In this document: positions 1 to 7,946 of the stretch, one piece after another
Layout: each line of letters begins with the position of its first letter
How positions within the stretch are numbered: the first letter of the stretch is position 1
Virus record (IMG/VR): IMGVR_UViG_3300011336_000135
Span: 2,871 to 66,870 of that record
DNA from: a virus
Taxonomy: Duplodnaviria > Caudoviricetes
DNA length: 64,000 bases
Direction: 5' to 3' (one strand)
Program-made: the position numbers and the translations under genes
Notes under the pieces: generated by a model
What the model saw: the letters and a program-made list of their open reading frames with translations, nothing else
Database searches by the model: none
Told to the model about the DNA's origin: nothing

Positions 1-102
1 GACAACAAACTTGCTCCGCAAGTCCCATTAGCGCGAGAGTTTGGGGTGTCCCAACGGACTATAAGTCTAATAGTGCGACGTGAAACATACAAGGATGTAT
101 AA
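1..102 (+). CDS. 3' end of an upstream gene (partial); C-terminal HTH typical of HNH homing endonucleases
   Basis: Frame 1 reads DNKLAPQVPLAREFGVSQRTISLIVRRETYKDV* with TAA at 100-102, directly before the polymerase ATG. The LAxxFGVSxxTISxI pattern is an HTH commonly found at the end of phage HNH endonucleases. The catalytic part is outside the window. Confidence 0.55.
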   Translation, partial: DNKLAPQVPLAREFGVSQRTISLIVRRETYKDV

Positions 103-2877
103 ATGGAGATACTTGTAGTAGACGCAGAAACTTATTACGATAAAGAGTTCAGCCTATCCAAGATGACGATGGAAGCGTATGTACGCGATCCTCGTTTTGA
201 AGTCATCATGCTGGGCATCCGCTGGCCGGATGGGAAGAAGGAGATCATCACTGGCACCGAAGCAGAGGTGCAGTACCGGCTGGACGCCATCGAGTGGGAC
301 AAGTACGCGGTGCTGGCTCACAACACATTGTTCGATGCCGCTATCCTGTCGTGGCGTTTTGGAGTGAAGCCTGCTGCGTGGCTGGACACCCTGTCGATGG
401 CTCGCGCCATGTTCGGGATGAAGGGCAACTCGCTGGCTCTGCTTGCCAAGCGCTACGGACTGGAGGACAAGGGCACCGAGGTGCAGAACGCGATGGGCAA
501 ACGCAGGGCTGACTTCACCGCAGAGGAGTTCGCCAAGTACGCTGACTACTGCCTGCATGACGTAGAGCTATGCCATGAGTTGTTCTTCCTCATGTCCAAC
601 GGTTGGTACAACCCGGAGACGTTCGATCATCGGGACCCTTACCCACGCAAAGAACTGGAGTTGATCGACAAGCTCATCAGGATGTACACCGAGCCTGTGC
701 TGCGTCTGAACAAGGCGCAGTTGGAGGAGCATCTGGCAGATGTGATCCGCCGCAAGGAAGAACTGCTGTCCAACGCAGGCATCGCCAAGGAAGACCTGAT
801 GTCCAACCCGAAGTTCGCTTTGGTGCTGGAGAGTTTTGGGGTCGTCCCGCCGATGAAGATCAGCCCGACCACAGGTAAGCAAGCGTTCGCTTTCGCCAAG
901 ACCGATCCGGCTATGAAGGCCCTGCTGGACCATCCCGACGAGCGGGTGCAGGCTGTGGTAGCTGCGCGTATGGGTGTGAAGAGCACGTTGGAGGAGACCC
1001 GCACGCAGCGGTTCATTGACATGGCGGGGCGCAATCCCCTGTTCCCGGTGCCCCTGCGATATTCCGCTGCGAGAACGCACCGCTTGGGCGGCACTGATGG
1101 TATAAACCTGCAGAACCTTCCGGCTCGTGGGGCGCAGGCTAACAAGCTCAAGCGCTGTATCGAGGCACCTCCGGGCTACGTGATCATTGACTGCGACTCG
1201 TCCAACATCGAGGCGCGGATGCTTGCGTGGCTGGCAGGGCAGGAAGATCTTGTAGAAGACTTCGCCAACGGTGTTGATGTGTACTGCAAGATGTCTGGAA
1301 AGATATTCGGCAGAGAGATAACGAAGGCGGACAAGAAGGAGCGGTTCCTTGGCAAGACAGTGGTGCTGGGTTGCGGATACCAGACTGGCGCAGTGAAACT
1401 TCAGGTGACACTGAAGGCGTCCGAGATGAACTTGGACTTGGAACTCGATGAGTGCAAGCGGATCATTGACACGTATCGGTACTCAGTCCCTGCCATCACA
1501 AGACTGTGGAGGCAAGGTGAGGCAGCTATCGAGACGATGTACGGCGACAAGACCATGTGGTTCGGTCGTGAAGGTGTCGTGCTGGTCGAGGGGCGCAAAG
1601 GAATCAAGCTGCCAAGCGGGCTATACATCAGCTATCCGCAACTGCACCGTGGGGTGAAGAACAAAAACGGTATGGCGATGGAGGCGTGGCAGTACAAGGA
1701 TGAGACAGGGCTGGTGGATATTTATGGCGGTAAATTGGTTGAAAACTGCATAGCCGAAGGTACGCCTGTGCTAACCACCCGAGGGTGGGTCCCCATAGAG
1801 CAAGTTCAGCAAGAAGACCTCGTCCATGATGGGGTTGAGTTTGTAAGGCACGGGGGAGTAGTTTTCAAATCTGTCCAAACTTGTGTTAGCATCGACGGGG
1901 TACTCATGACCCCAGACCACGAGGTGCTGACAAATGACGGATGGACCCCTGCATCACAGAACCCGCAACCTTACCGACCAGACCTTCGGCATGTTGAAGG
2001 CGTTGAACCCCGAGCACAGCGATGGGAAGAAGCTGAGTTGGCGGTTTCAGTGCCAGTGCGGGAAGCAATGCGTCAAAGTAGGAGCCGATGTAACGAAGGA
2101 GGTCAAGCGCGGAGGGACGCCGAACTGCGGTTGTACAACAAAGCAGCTACAAAGCAAAGCGCGTGTAACTCATGGTATGTCGAAACACCCTGCATTTGCA
2201 GTGTGGAGGTCAATGAACGACCGTTGCAAACTACCGTCGCATCAAGCGTGGCACAACTACGGGGGGCGTGGCATCACAGTATGCGAACGCTGGCGGGATT
2301 CTTTCCAAAACTTTTGGCAGGATATGGGGCCTACATACCAGCGGGGGTTGGACCTCAACCGCAGGGACAACGATGGGGCTTACAGCCCGGAGAACTGCGA
2401 ATGGGTCACACGCAGAGCGAACTCGATGAACAGGCGCAGCAGCATTCAGGGGGTGGACATACCAAAACTAAGCGAAGAAACCGGTATATCCAGGAGCACA
2501 CTTTACTACAGATTACAGCATGGATGGACAGTGGATCAGCTACGGAAAACGCCGTCGTTCAACAACCGGTGTATGACATCCTCAATGCTGGCCCAAGACA
2601 GCGGTTTGTAGTACGTGGTAGTTCGGGGCCGTTTATAGTTCACAACTGCGTGCAAGCCCTGGCCCGCATCGTTGTGATGCAGCAGCTACTGAAGATCTCC
2701 AAGAAGCTGCATGTGGTCCTGACCGTGCATGATGCTGTAGCTGCCATTGCCCGTGAGGAAGAAGCTGAACAAGCTCAGGCATACGTTGAAGAATGTATGC
2801 GCTGGGTTCCCAAGTGGGCACAGGGGTGCCCGATCAACTGTGAGAGTGGAATAGGAAGGACATACGGTGACTGTTGA
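103..2877 (+). CDS. polA: Family A DNA polymerase (3'-5' exonuclease plus polymerase domain), intein-containing
   Basis: Exo motifs VVDAETYY, AHNTLFD, YCLHDV. INLQNLP; motif A DCDSSNIEARMLAW; motif B ERFLGKTVVLGCGY; YGGKLVEN/CVQALAR; motif C VLTVHD. Confidence 0.95.
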   Translation: MEILVVDAETYYDKEFSLSKMTMEAYVRDPRFEVIMLGIRWPDGKKEIITGTEAEVQYRLDAIEWDKYAVLAHNTLFDAAILSWRFGVKPAAWLDTLSMARAMFGMKGNSLALLAKRYGLEDKGTEVQNAMGKRRADFTAEEFAKYADYCLHDVELCHELFFLMSNGWYNPETFDHRDPYPRKELELIDKLIRMYTEPVLRLNKAQLEEHLADVIRRKEELLSNAGIAKEDLMSNPKFALVLESFGVVPPMKISPTTGKQAFAFAKTDPAMKALLDHPDERVQAVVAARMGVKSTLEETRTQRFIDMAGRNPLFPVPLRYSAARTHRLGGTDGINLQNLPARGAQANKLKRCIEAPPGYVIIDCDSSNIEARMLAWLAGQEDLVEDFANGVDVYCKMSGKIFGREITKADKKERFLGKTVVLGCGYQTGAVKLQVTLKASEMNLDLELDECKRIIDTYRYSVPAITRLWRQGEAAIETMYGDKTMWFGREGVVLVEGRKGIKLPSGLYISYPQLHRGVKNKNGMAMEAWQYKDETGLVDIYGGKLVENCIAEGTPVLTTRGWVPIEQVQQEDLVHDGVEFVRHGGVVFKSVQTCVSIDGVLMTPDHEVLTNDGWTPASQNPQPYRPDLRHVEGVEPRAQRWEEAELAVSVPVREAMRQSRSRCNEGGQARRDAELRLYNKAATKQSACNSWYVETPCICSVEVNERPLQTTVASSVAQLRGAWHHSMRTLAGFFPKLLAGYGAYIPAGVGPQPQGQRWGLQPGELRMGHTQSELDEQAQQHSGGGHTKTKRRNRYIQEHTLLQITAWMDSGSATENAVVQQPVYDILNAGPRQRFVVRGSSGPFIVHNCVQALARIVVMQQLLKISKKLHVVLTVHDAVAAIAREEEAEQAQAYVEECMRWVPKWAQGCPINCESGIGRTYGDC
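1747..2646 (+). mobile_element. Intein (300 aa) inserted in DNA polymerase between KLVEN and CVQALAR
   Basis: Block A CIAEGTPVLT (Cys1 codon tgc at 1747), block B MTPDH (TxxH), block F VYDI, block G FIVHN ending at 2646, and C+1 Cys at 2647. Removing it restores the conserved YGGKLVEN-CVQALAR. Confidence 0.95.
1934..2611 (+). CDS. HNH-family homing endonuclease encoded in the +1 frame inside the intein
   Basis: N-terminal WRFQCQCG...NCGC; core YGGRGITVCERW...FWQDMG...LNRRDNDGAYSPENCEWVT...ANSMN; C-terminal HTH GISRSTLYYRL. SD-like GAGGTG at 1921-1926, 7 nt before the ATG; TAG at 2609-2611. Confidence 0.88.
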   Translation: MTDGPLHHRTRNLTDQTFGMLKALNPEHSDGKKLSWRFQCQCGKQCVKVGADVTKEVKRGGTPNCGCTTKQLQSKARVTHGMSKHPAFAVWRSMNDRCKLPSHQAWHNYGGRGITVCERWRDSFQNFWQDMGPTYQRGLDLNRRDNDGAYSPENCEWVTRRANSMNRRSSIQGVDIPKLSEETGISRSTLYYRLQHGWTVDQLRKTPSFNNRCMTSSMLAQDSGL

Positions 2878-3046
2878 AGTTGTTGTGGATTACGCCTACC
2901 CGTGCATGATGGCGGAGAAGGCACTGAAGGAACTGCACCAAGCCATGCTGCGAGGTGATGTAGACGCTGCCCTGGAGCACGCGCTGACTGCGATGGCTGA
3001 AGCCAAGCTGACCTACAACGCCATTCGGGCTACGAAGGAGCAGTGA
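2867..3046 (+). CDS. Small hypothetical protein (59 aa), not in ORF track
   Basis: GTG start after AGGAAGGA; reads VTVEVVVDYAYPCMMAEKALKELHQAML...KEQ*; the stop overlaps the next ATG (TGATG). Confidence 0.65.
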   Translation: MTVEVVVDYAYPCMMAEKALKELHQAMLRGDVDAALEHALTAMAEAKLTYNAIRATKEQ

Positions 3047-3726
3047 TGAGCTTGCCCGGTGCTTGGTCGTATTCGTCCCTGAAGAAGTTCAAGACATGCC
3101 CGAAGCAGTTTGCTGAGGTCAAGGTCTACAAGAACTTCACGGAGCCGCCGTTCACAGAAGCAACGCTGTACGGGAGCAGTTTCCACGAAGCGGCTGAGCA
3201 CTACGTGCGCGATGGCACCCCCCTGCCTGAGGCATTCAACTACGTCAAGTCTCACCTCGACACCTTGCGTAGCATCGAGGGGACCAAGCTGTGTGAGCAC
3301 AAGATGGGGTTGACGCAGCAGCTAGAGCCTTGCGACTTCAGCGCGAAAGATGTATGGTGCCGAGGTGTGGCAGACCTTCTCATCGTCAACGAGGAGAAAG
3401 GCATCGCTCGGATCGTGGACTACAAGACTGGCAAGTCTGCCAAGTACGCCGACACGGCGCAGTTGGAACTGATGGCGCTCATGGTCTTCAAGCACTTCCC
3501 TGCGCTCCGCAGGGTCAGGGCAGGGTTGCTCTTCGTCGTGGCAAACGACTTCAAGCGGGCGGACTACGACCGGACGCAGGAGAAGAACTACTGGCGGCAG
3601 TGGATGCAGGACATCGGCAGGCTGGAAGGGGCGTACAAATCTGGCGTCTGGAACCCCAACCCGTCGGGTCTGTGTAGGAAACACTGCGTGGTAACAAGCT
3701 GCCCACACAATGGAGCCAACGGATGA
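3046..3726 (+). CDS. Cas4-like / PD-(D/E)XK exonuclease
   Basis: WSYSSLKKFKTCP, G..FHEAAE, RGVADLLI, IVDYKTGK, QLELMA, and C-terminal C..HC...C (Fe-S-type Cys pattern). Confidence 0.85.
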   Translation: MSLPGAWSYSSLKKFKTCPKQFAEVKVYKNFTEPPFTEATLYGSSFHEAAEHYVRDGTPLPEAFNYVKSHLDTLRSIEGTKLCEHKMGLTQQLEPCDFSAKDVWCRGVADLLIVNEEKGIARIVDYKTGKSAKYADTAQLELMALMVFKHFPALRRVRAGLLFVVANDFKRADYDRTQEKNYWRQWMQDIGRLEGAYKSGVWNPNPSGLCRKHCVVTSCPHNGANG

Positions 3727-3763
3727 ACTGGGTTCAACTGGAACTTGATTTTGGAGAAGAGCC

Positions 3764-4033
3764 ATGCCCTACAAGGATATGTCCGACCGGGACCACAAGA
3801 AGGAGTACGCAGACTTCCTCGCCAACGGAGGCAGAGCCAAGCAGTCCGAGCGACAGCGTGCACGCCGAGCCTGGGACAAGGAACACGGTAAGGATTCTCG
3901 AAAGGGCAAGGCCCTCGATCATGTGAAGCCGATCAAGGACGGGGGCAAGAGCACTCCGGGCAACGTGAAGCTCAAGAGCTTCAGCGCCAACAGCGCGAAG
4001 AATTTCAAAGGTCCCCGCTCAGGCGGGCGTTGA
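3764..4033 (+). CDS. Small HNH-motif protein
   Basis: LDHVKPIKDGG...GNVKL...AN His-Me finger pattern; GGAG upstream. Confidence 0.65.
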   Translation: MPYKDMSDRDHKKEYADFLANGGRAKQSERQRARRAWDKEHGKDSRKGKALDHVKPIKDGGKSTPGNVKLKSFSANSAKNFKGPRSGGR

Positions 4034-4058
4034 CGCGTAGCCCCACTGGGGCTATGCT
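4030..4058 (+). promoter_or_regulatory. Sigma70-like promoter with a palindrome in the spacer
   Basis: TTGACG-N17-TATGCT; the spacer region contains the perfect inverted repeat TAGCCCCA-C-TGGGGCTA. Confidence 0.6.
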
Positions 4059-4142
4059 TTCGTTTCCTCGGCAAGACCGAGGTCCGTGGCTCGATGGGTT
4101 CCCCCTATCGGGCCGTTCTGCTATTCACATCAGGAGAAAAAC

Positions 4143-4676
4143 ATGACGGTAATGAAGAACGTAATGATAGACATAGAAACACTCGGCACTAGACCGGGGG
4201 ATACTATCCTCAGCATCGGTGCTGTGAAGTTCGATGAGAACGGGTTGGGTGAAGAGTTCTACGTCACCATTGACCCAGAGTCCTGCAAAGCAGCAGGACT
4301 TCGTGCGCAGAAAAGCACGTTGGAGTGGTGGGGTAAGCAGTCTGCTGAGGCCCGCGCTGCTGCGTTCAAGGGTGAGTTTAGCCTTAACACTGCGCTCACC
4401 AAGTTCACCATGTGGATGCCGCCGATTGATACGGTACTGGTCTGGGGTAACGGCGCAAACTTTGACAACGCACTGGTAGCCGCTGCCTACCGAGCCCTGA
4501 AGATGGATGTGCCTTGGCACTTCTGGAACGACCGCTGCTACCGCACCATCACGGCAATCTTCATGAAGACGAAGGTTGAGCGAGTAGGCACCGGGCACCA
4601 TGCGCTGGACGATGCCAAGACCCAAGCCCTGCGCCTGCTGAAGATGCAGGAAGAAGCTAAGTTCCCTCTGAGGTAA
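4143..4676 (+). CDS. DEDD-type 3'-5' exonuclease (DUF5051/RNase AS-like)
   Basis: MIDIETLG, WGNGANFD, RCYRT, HHALDDA; start assigned to the ATG after CAGGAGA. Confidence 0.85.
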   Translation: MTVMKNVMIDIETLGTRPGDTILSIGAVKFDENGLGEEFYVTIDPESCKAAGLRAQKSTLEWWGKQSAEARAAAFKGEFSLNTALTKFTMWMPPIDTVLVWGNGANFDNALVAAAYRALKMDVPWHFWNDRCYRTITAIFMKTKVERVGTGHHALDDAKTQALRLLKMQEEAKFPLR

Positions 4677-4679
4677 GGC

Positions 4680-6221
4680 ATGCAGATCATCGAGGACAGA
4701 GCCCTTTTGCTCAAGCTGCGGCACCCCGAGCGGGTGCTCAACACCATACCGAAGAGCAAGCGTCTAGACGATGGGCAGGTGCTGGTGCGGTGGGGGCTTG
4801 AGGAAGCTCAGGTCCTGAAGAACCTCGGGGTGAAGAACGTCCCCTCACCCATCGAGGGGCGCTACAAATGGCCGGGGCTGTTCAAGCCGTTCGACCACCA
4901 ACGAGAGACCGCAGCGTTCATGACCCTGCACCGCAGGGCGTTCTGCTTCAACGACCCGGGCACGGGCAAGACAGCCAGCTTCGCGTGGGCTGCTGACTAC
5001 CTGCTGGACAAAGGCTACGTCAAACGCGTGCTGGTCATCTGCCCGCTGTCGATCATGAACTCGGCATGGCAGGCGGACCTGTTCAAGACCATCATGCACC
5101 GCACGGTGGACGTAGCGCACGGTAGCAGAGACAAGCGGGTCAAGGTCATCAACTCCGGGGCTGAGTTCGTCATCATCAACTTCGACGGTGTAGAGACAGT
5201 CCTGCCTGAACTTAAAGCCGGGGGGTTCGACCTCGTCATCATTGACGAAGCCAATGCAGTAAAGACAGCAACAACTAAAAGATGGAAATCAATCAACTCA
5301 CTCATCACTCCAGAAACGTGGTTGTGGATGGCGACCGGCACGCCCGCTTCGCAGTCTCCGATAGACGCATACGGCATAGCCCGCATGTTGAATCCTTCCT
5401 CCGTACCTCCGCACTTCTACTCCTTCAGAGATCAGGTGATGTACAAAGTCACCCAGTTCAAATGGACAGCAAAGAAGAACGCAGCGGAGATCGTCAACAG
5501 GGTACTCCAACCCGCGATACGCTTCACCAAGGATGAGTGCCTGGACCTGCCTGAACTGCTGTACACCACGCGTGAAGTGTCACTGACCCCGCAGCAGGCG
5601 AAGTATTACAAGATGCTGAAGGATCAGTTCATCATGGCAGCGGCAGGGGAGACAGTCACTTCCGTTAACGCTGCAACGAACCTGAACAAACTCTTACAAG
5701 TAGCCAGCGGAGCGGTGTACACAGACGACGGCAACACGGTGGAGTTCGACATCACGCACCGGTACAACGTGCTGGTGGAAGCCATCGAGGAGAGCACCCA
5801 CAAGGTGCTGGTCTTCGTCCCGTTCAGGCACGCCATCGAGGTGCTACGTGACCGGCTCCGCAAGGATGGGTACGCAGTGGATGTGATCCACGGCGGGGTC
5901 TCTGTCAACAACCGCACGGAGATCTTCAAGAACTTCCAGACCCAGCCCGAGCCCCGCATCCTGCTCATCCAGCCTGCGGCTGCATCGCACGGCGTGACCC
6001 TACACGCAGCGAACACCGTGGTCTGGTGGGGTCCTGTGACCTCCAACGAGATCTGGCACCAAGCCAACGCCCGCGTGCATCGGGCAGGGCAGAAGAACCC
6101 CTGTCTCGTCGTGAGGCTGTGTGGCTGCAACGTGGAGCGCAAGCTCTATGACGCGCTGGACCTCAAGACCGAGGACATGGACACCCTGCTCAATCTTTAT
6201 CGGGAGGAGCTTGACGCCTAA
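4680..6221 (+). CDS. SNF2-family (SF2) helicase
   Basis: DPGTGKT Walker A, IIDEA, ATGTP, HGVTL, QANARVHRAGQ motif VI. Confidence 0.92.
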   Translation: MQIIEDRALLLKLRHPERVLNTIPKSKRLDDGQVLVRWGLEEAQVLKNLGVKNVPSPIEGRYKWPGLFKPFDHQRETAAFMTLHRRAFCFNDPGTGKTASFAWAADYLLDKGYVKRVLVICPLSIMNSAWQADLFKTIMHRTVDVAHGSRDKRVKVINSGAEFVIINFDGVETVLPELKAGGFDLVIIDEANAVKTATTKRWKSINSLITPETWLWMATGTPASQSPIDAYGIARMLNPSSVPPHFYSFRDQVMYKVTQFKWTAKKNAAEIVNRVLQPAIRFTKDECLDLPELLYTTREVSLTPQQAKYYKMLKDQFIMAAAGETVTSVNAATNLNKLLQVASGAVYTDDGNTVEFDITHRYNVLVEAIEESTHKVLVFVPFRHAIEVLRDRLRKDGYAVDVIHGGVSVNNRTEIFKNFQTQPEPRILLIQPAAASHGVTLHAANTVVWWGPVTSNEIWHQANARVHRAGQKNPCLVVRLCGCNVERKLYDALDLKTEDMDTLLNLYREELDA

Positions 6222-6239
6222 AAAGTTGCGATGTAAACT
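6211..6239 (+). promoter_or_regulatory. Sigma70-like promoter
   Basis: TTGACG-N17-TAAACT upstream of the RBS CAGGAG. Confidence 0.6.
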
Positions 6240-6268
6240 TTATCCCCTCACTTCATCAGGAGACCAAC

Positions 6269-6670
6269 ATGGAAGACCAAGAACTTCCTCCAACTGAAAA
6301 GCTCGTCAAGGCCTACATCAAGATGCGCGATGCGCGTAGTGTGTTGAGCGCTGAATACGAGACGAAAGACAAAGAGATCAAAGAGCAGATGCGGGTAGTT
6401 GAGAACTTCCTGCTAGAAGCCTGCAAGCGTGCAGGTGGCAACGTCAGCATCCCAGGTGTTGGCGTGGTAATTCGTGGCGTAGATACACGCTACTGGACCT
6501 CCGACTGGGAGGCTATGCACAACTTCATCAAGGAGAACAACGCGCTTGAACTGCTAGAGAGACGCATTGCGCAACGTGCTATGGGGGAATACCTCAAAGC
6601 AAACCCCGACCAAATGCCCAAGGGTATGAACGTCGAATCCAAGTACACGGTAACAGTCCGTAGGAGTTAA
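6269..6670 (+). CDS. Conserved phage replication-module protein
   Basis: Good RBS and coding-like sequence (KLVKAYIKMRDAR...YWTSDW), in its usual position between the helicase and the SSB-like gene. Confidence 0.75.
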   Translation: MEDQELPPTEKLVKAYIKMRDARSVLSAEYETKDKEIKEQMRVVENFLLEACKRAGGNVSIPGVGVVIRGVDTRYWTSDWEAMHNFIKENNALELLERRIAQRAMGEYLKANPDQMPKGMNVESKYTVTVRRS

Positions 6671-6672
6671 TC

Positions 6673-7620
6673 ATGTCTGAACTGACCCTTTTCCAATCCG
6701 GTAACGCACTGCCTGCACATCTGCGCAGGGGTGAGTTGAGTTCGCTGACCAAGTCCCTGATGGGCGGTGGCAGTAGCAAGCGCATCAGCATTGACAACAA
6801 CGTCTTCACGATGCTGGTGGGTGGCAAGTCGGTTGCGGTGAACGAAGACCGCGCCATGAACATCATCATCGTCCGTGCATCGGACAACAACGCCCGCACG
6901 TTCTACGGCTCTCAGTATGAGAAGGGTGTGAAGGGTCGCCCCCTCTGCTGGTCCGATGACAGCACGAAGCCCCACGCCAACGTCAAGAACCCGCAGCACA
7001 AGTCCTGCACAGGTTGCCCACAGGATATCAAGGGCTCTGGGCAGGGTGACTCCAAGGCGTGCCGTTACAGCCGCCGTCTGGCGGTGCTGCTGGCTTCCGA
7101 CATCCAGGGTGACATCTACGCGATGAACATCAACGCGTCGAGCCTCTTTGCCCAAGGCGAAGGTCGTAAGATGGGCTTGCAGCAGTACGCCCGATTCCTC
7201 GGCGGTCACGGTATCGAAGTCAACGCAGTGGTGACCGAGATGCGCTTCGACACTTCTGCCAACATGAAGCTGGTGTTCAGCGCCGTGCGCCCGCTGGAAG
7301 AGCACGAGTGGGAGTCAGTCAAGGCCCGCATGGATGAGCCTGCCGCCATCGAGGCAGTCACGATGACCGTCGCGGAAATCGACGGTACGCCGGAGGCCGC
7401 TGCCCCTGCGCCCGCTCCTGTGGAGCAGCCTGTGTTCATTCAGCCCAAGGCGGCGGCACCTGCCAAGCCTGAGTTCAAGGTGGAGAAGCCCAAGAAGGCT
7501 GAACCCGCCGCTGTTGCTGCTGAGGTGATCGAGGAGCCCGTGGTGCGGGAAGCCAAAGCGACAGCGCCTGTGAGCGTGAAGTCGATCCTGTCCGACTGGG
7601 GCGATGACGCCGACGACTGA
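6673..7620 (+). CDS. Putative ssDNA-binding/annealing protein
   Basis: CWS...C..CP Zn-like motif, Pro/Ala linker and acidic aromatic C-tail (SDWGDDADD), in a replication context; function is inferred. Confidence 0.55.
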   Translation: MSELTLFQSGNALPAHLRRGELSSLTKSLMGGGSSKRISIDNNVFTMLVGGKSVAVNEDRAMNIIIVRASDNNARTFYGSQYEKGVKGRPLCWSDDSTKPHANVKNPQHKSCTGCPQDIKGSGQGDSKACRYSRRLAVLLASDIQGDIYAMNINASSLFAQGEGRKMGLQQYARFLGGHGIEVNAVVTEMRFDTSANMKLVFSAVRPLEEHEWESVKARMDEPAAIEAVTMTVAEIDGTPEAAAPAPAPVEQPVFIQPKAAAPAKPEFKVEKPKKAEPAAVAAEVIEEPVVREAKATAPVSVKSILSDWGDDADD

Positions 7621-7628
7621 GTAAGGGT

Positions 7629-7649
7629 GGGGGCTACGGCCCCCTCTTT
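7629..7649 (+). terminator. Intrinsic terminator-like hairpin
   Basis: GGGGGC-TACG-GCCCCC followed by TCTTT. Confidence 0.55.
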
Positions 7650-7655
7650 GTCACC

Positions 7656-7889
7656 ATGACCTACTCAGCGAAGATCATTCGGCTGAACGCGGATGCAGAC
7701 CCGGCGATGCTGGGCGTCCAACTCGGACGCCTGTGCATATACCTCAAGCATCCTGTCGCGCAAGTGTGCACTGACCTCGACGTTTCCAAGGCCGCTGTCT
7801 ATCGGTGGTTTTCGGGTAAACACGAGGTCGGAAAGCACTTGCGCGACAAGGTGCTGACGTACTATCGTCGCCTTCTCCCTCCGGCCTGA
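7656..7889 (+). CDS. Cro-like HTH protein
   Basis: VAQVCTDLDVSKAAVYRWFSG HTH pattern. Confidence 0.7.
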   Translation: MTYSAKIIRLNADADPAMLGVQLGRLCIYLKHPVAQVCTDLDVSKAAVYRWFSGKHEVGKHLRDKVLTYYRRLLPPA

Positions 7890-7946
7890 CCAGCCACCCT
7901 GTCACCCGCGCCACGACTCAGCGTCTGTGGTTACCCCTTCGTCACC

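Noticed and set aside
1934-2611. Idea that the out-of-frame HNH is just an in-frame intein endonuclease broken by sequencing errors
   Set aside because: It would need two compensating indels plus about 200 stop-free codons in the wrong frame, and the +1 ORF has its own SD, ATG and stop. It is not formally excluded without reads.
3046-3726. Cas4-like gene as evidence of a CRISPR system
   Set aside because: No cas1/cas2 and no repeat-spacer array; solo Cas4-like nucleases are common in phage replication modules.
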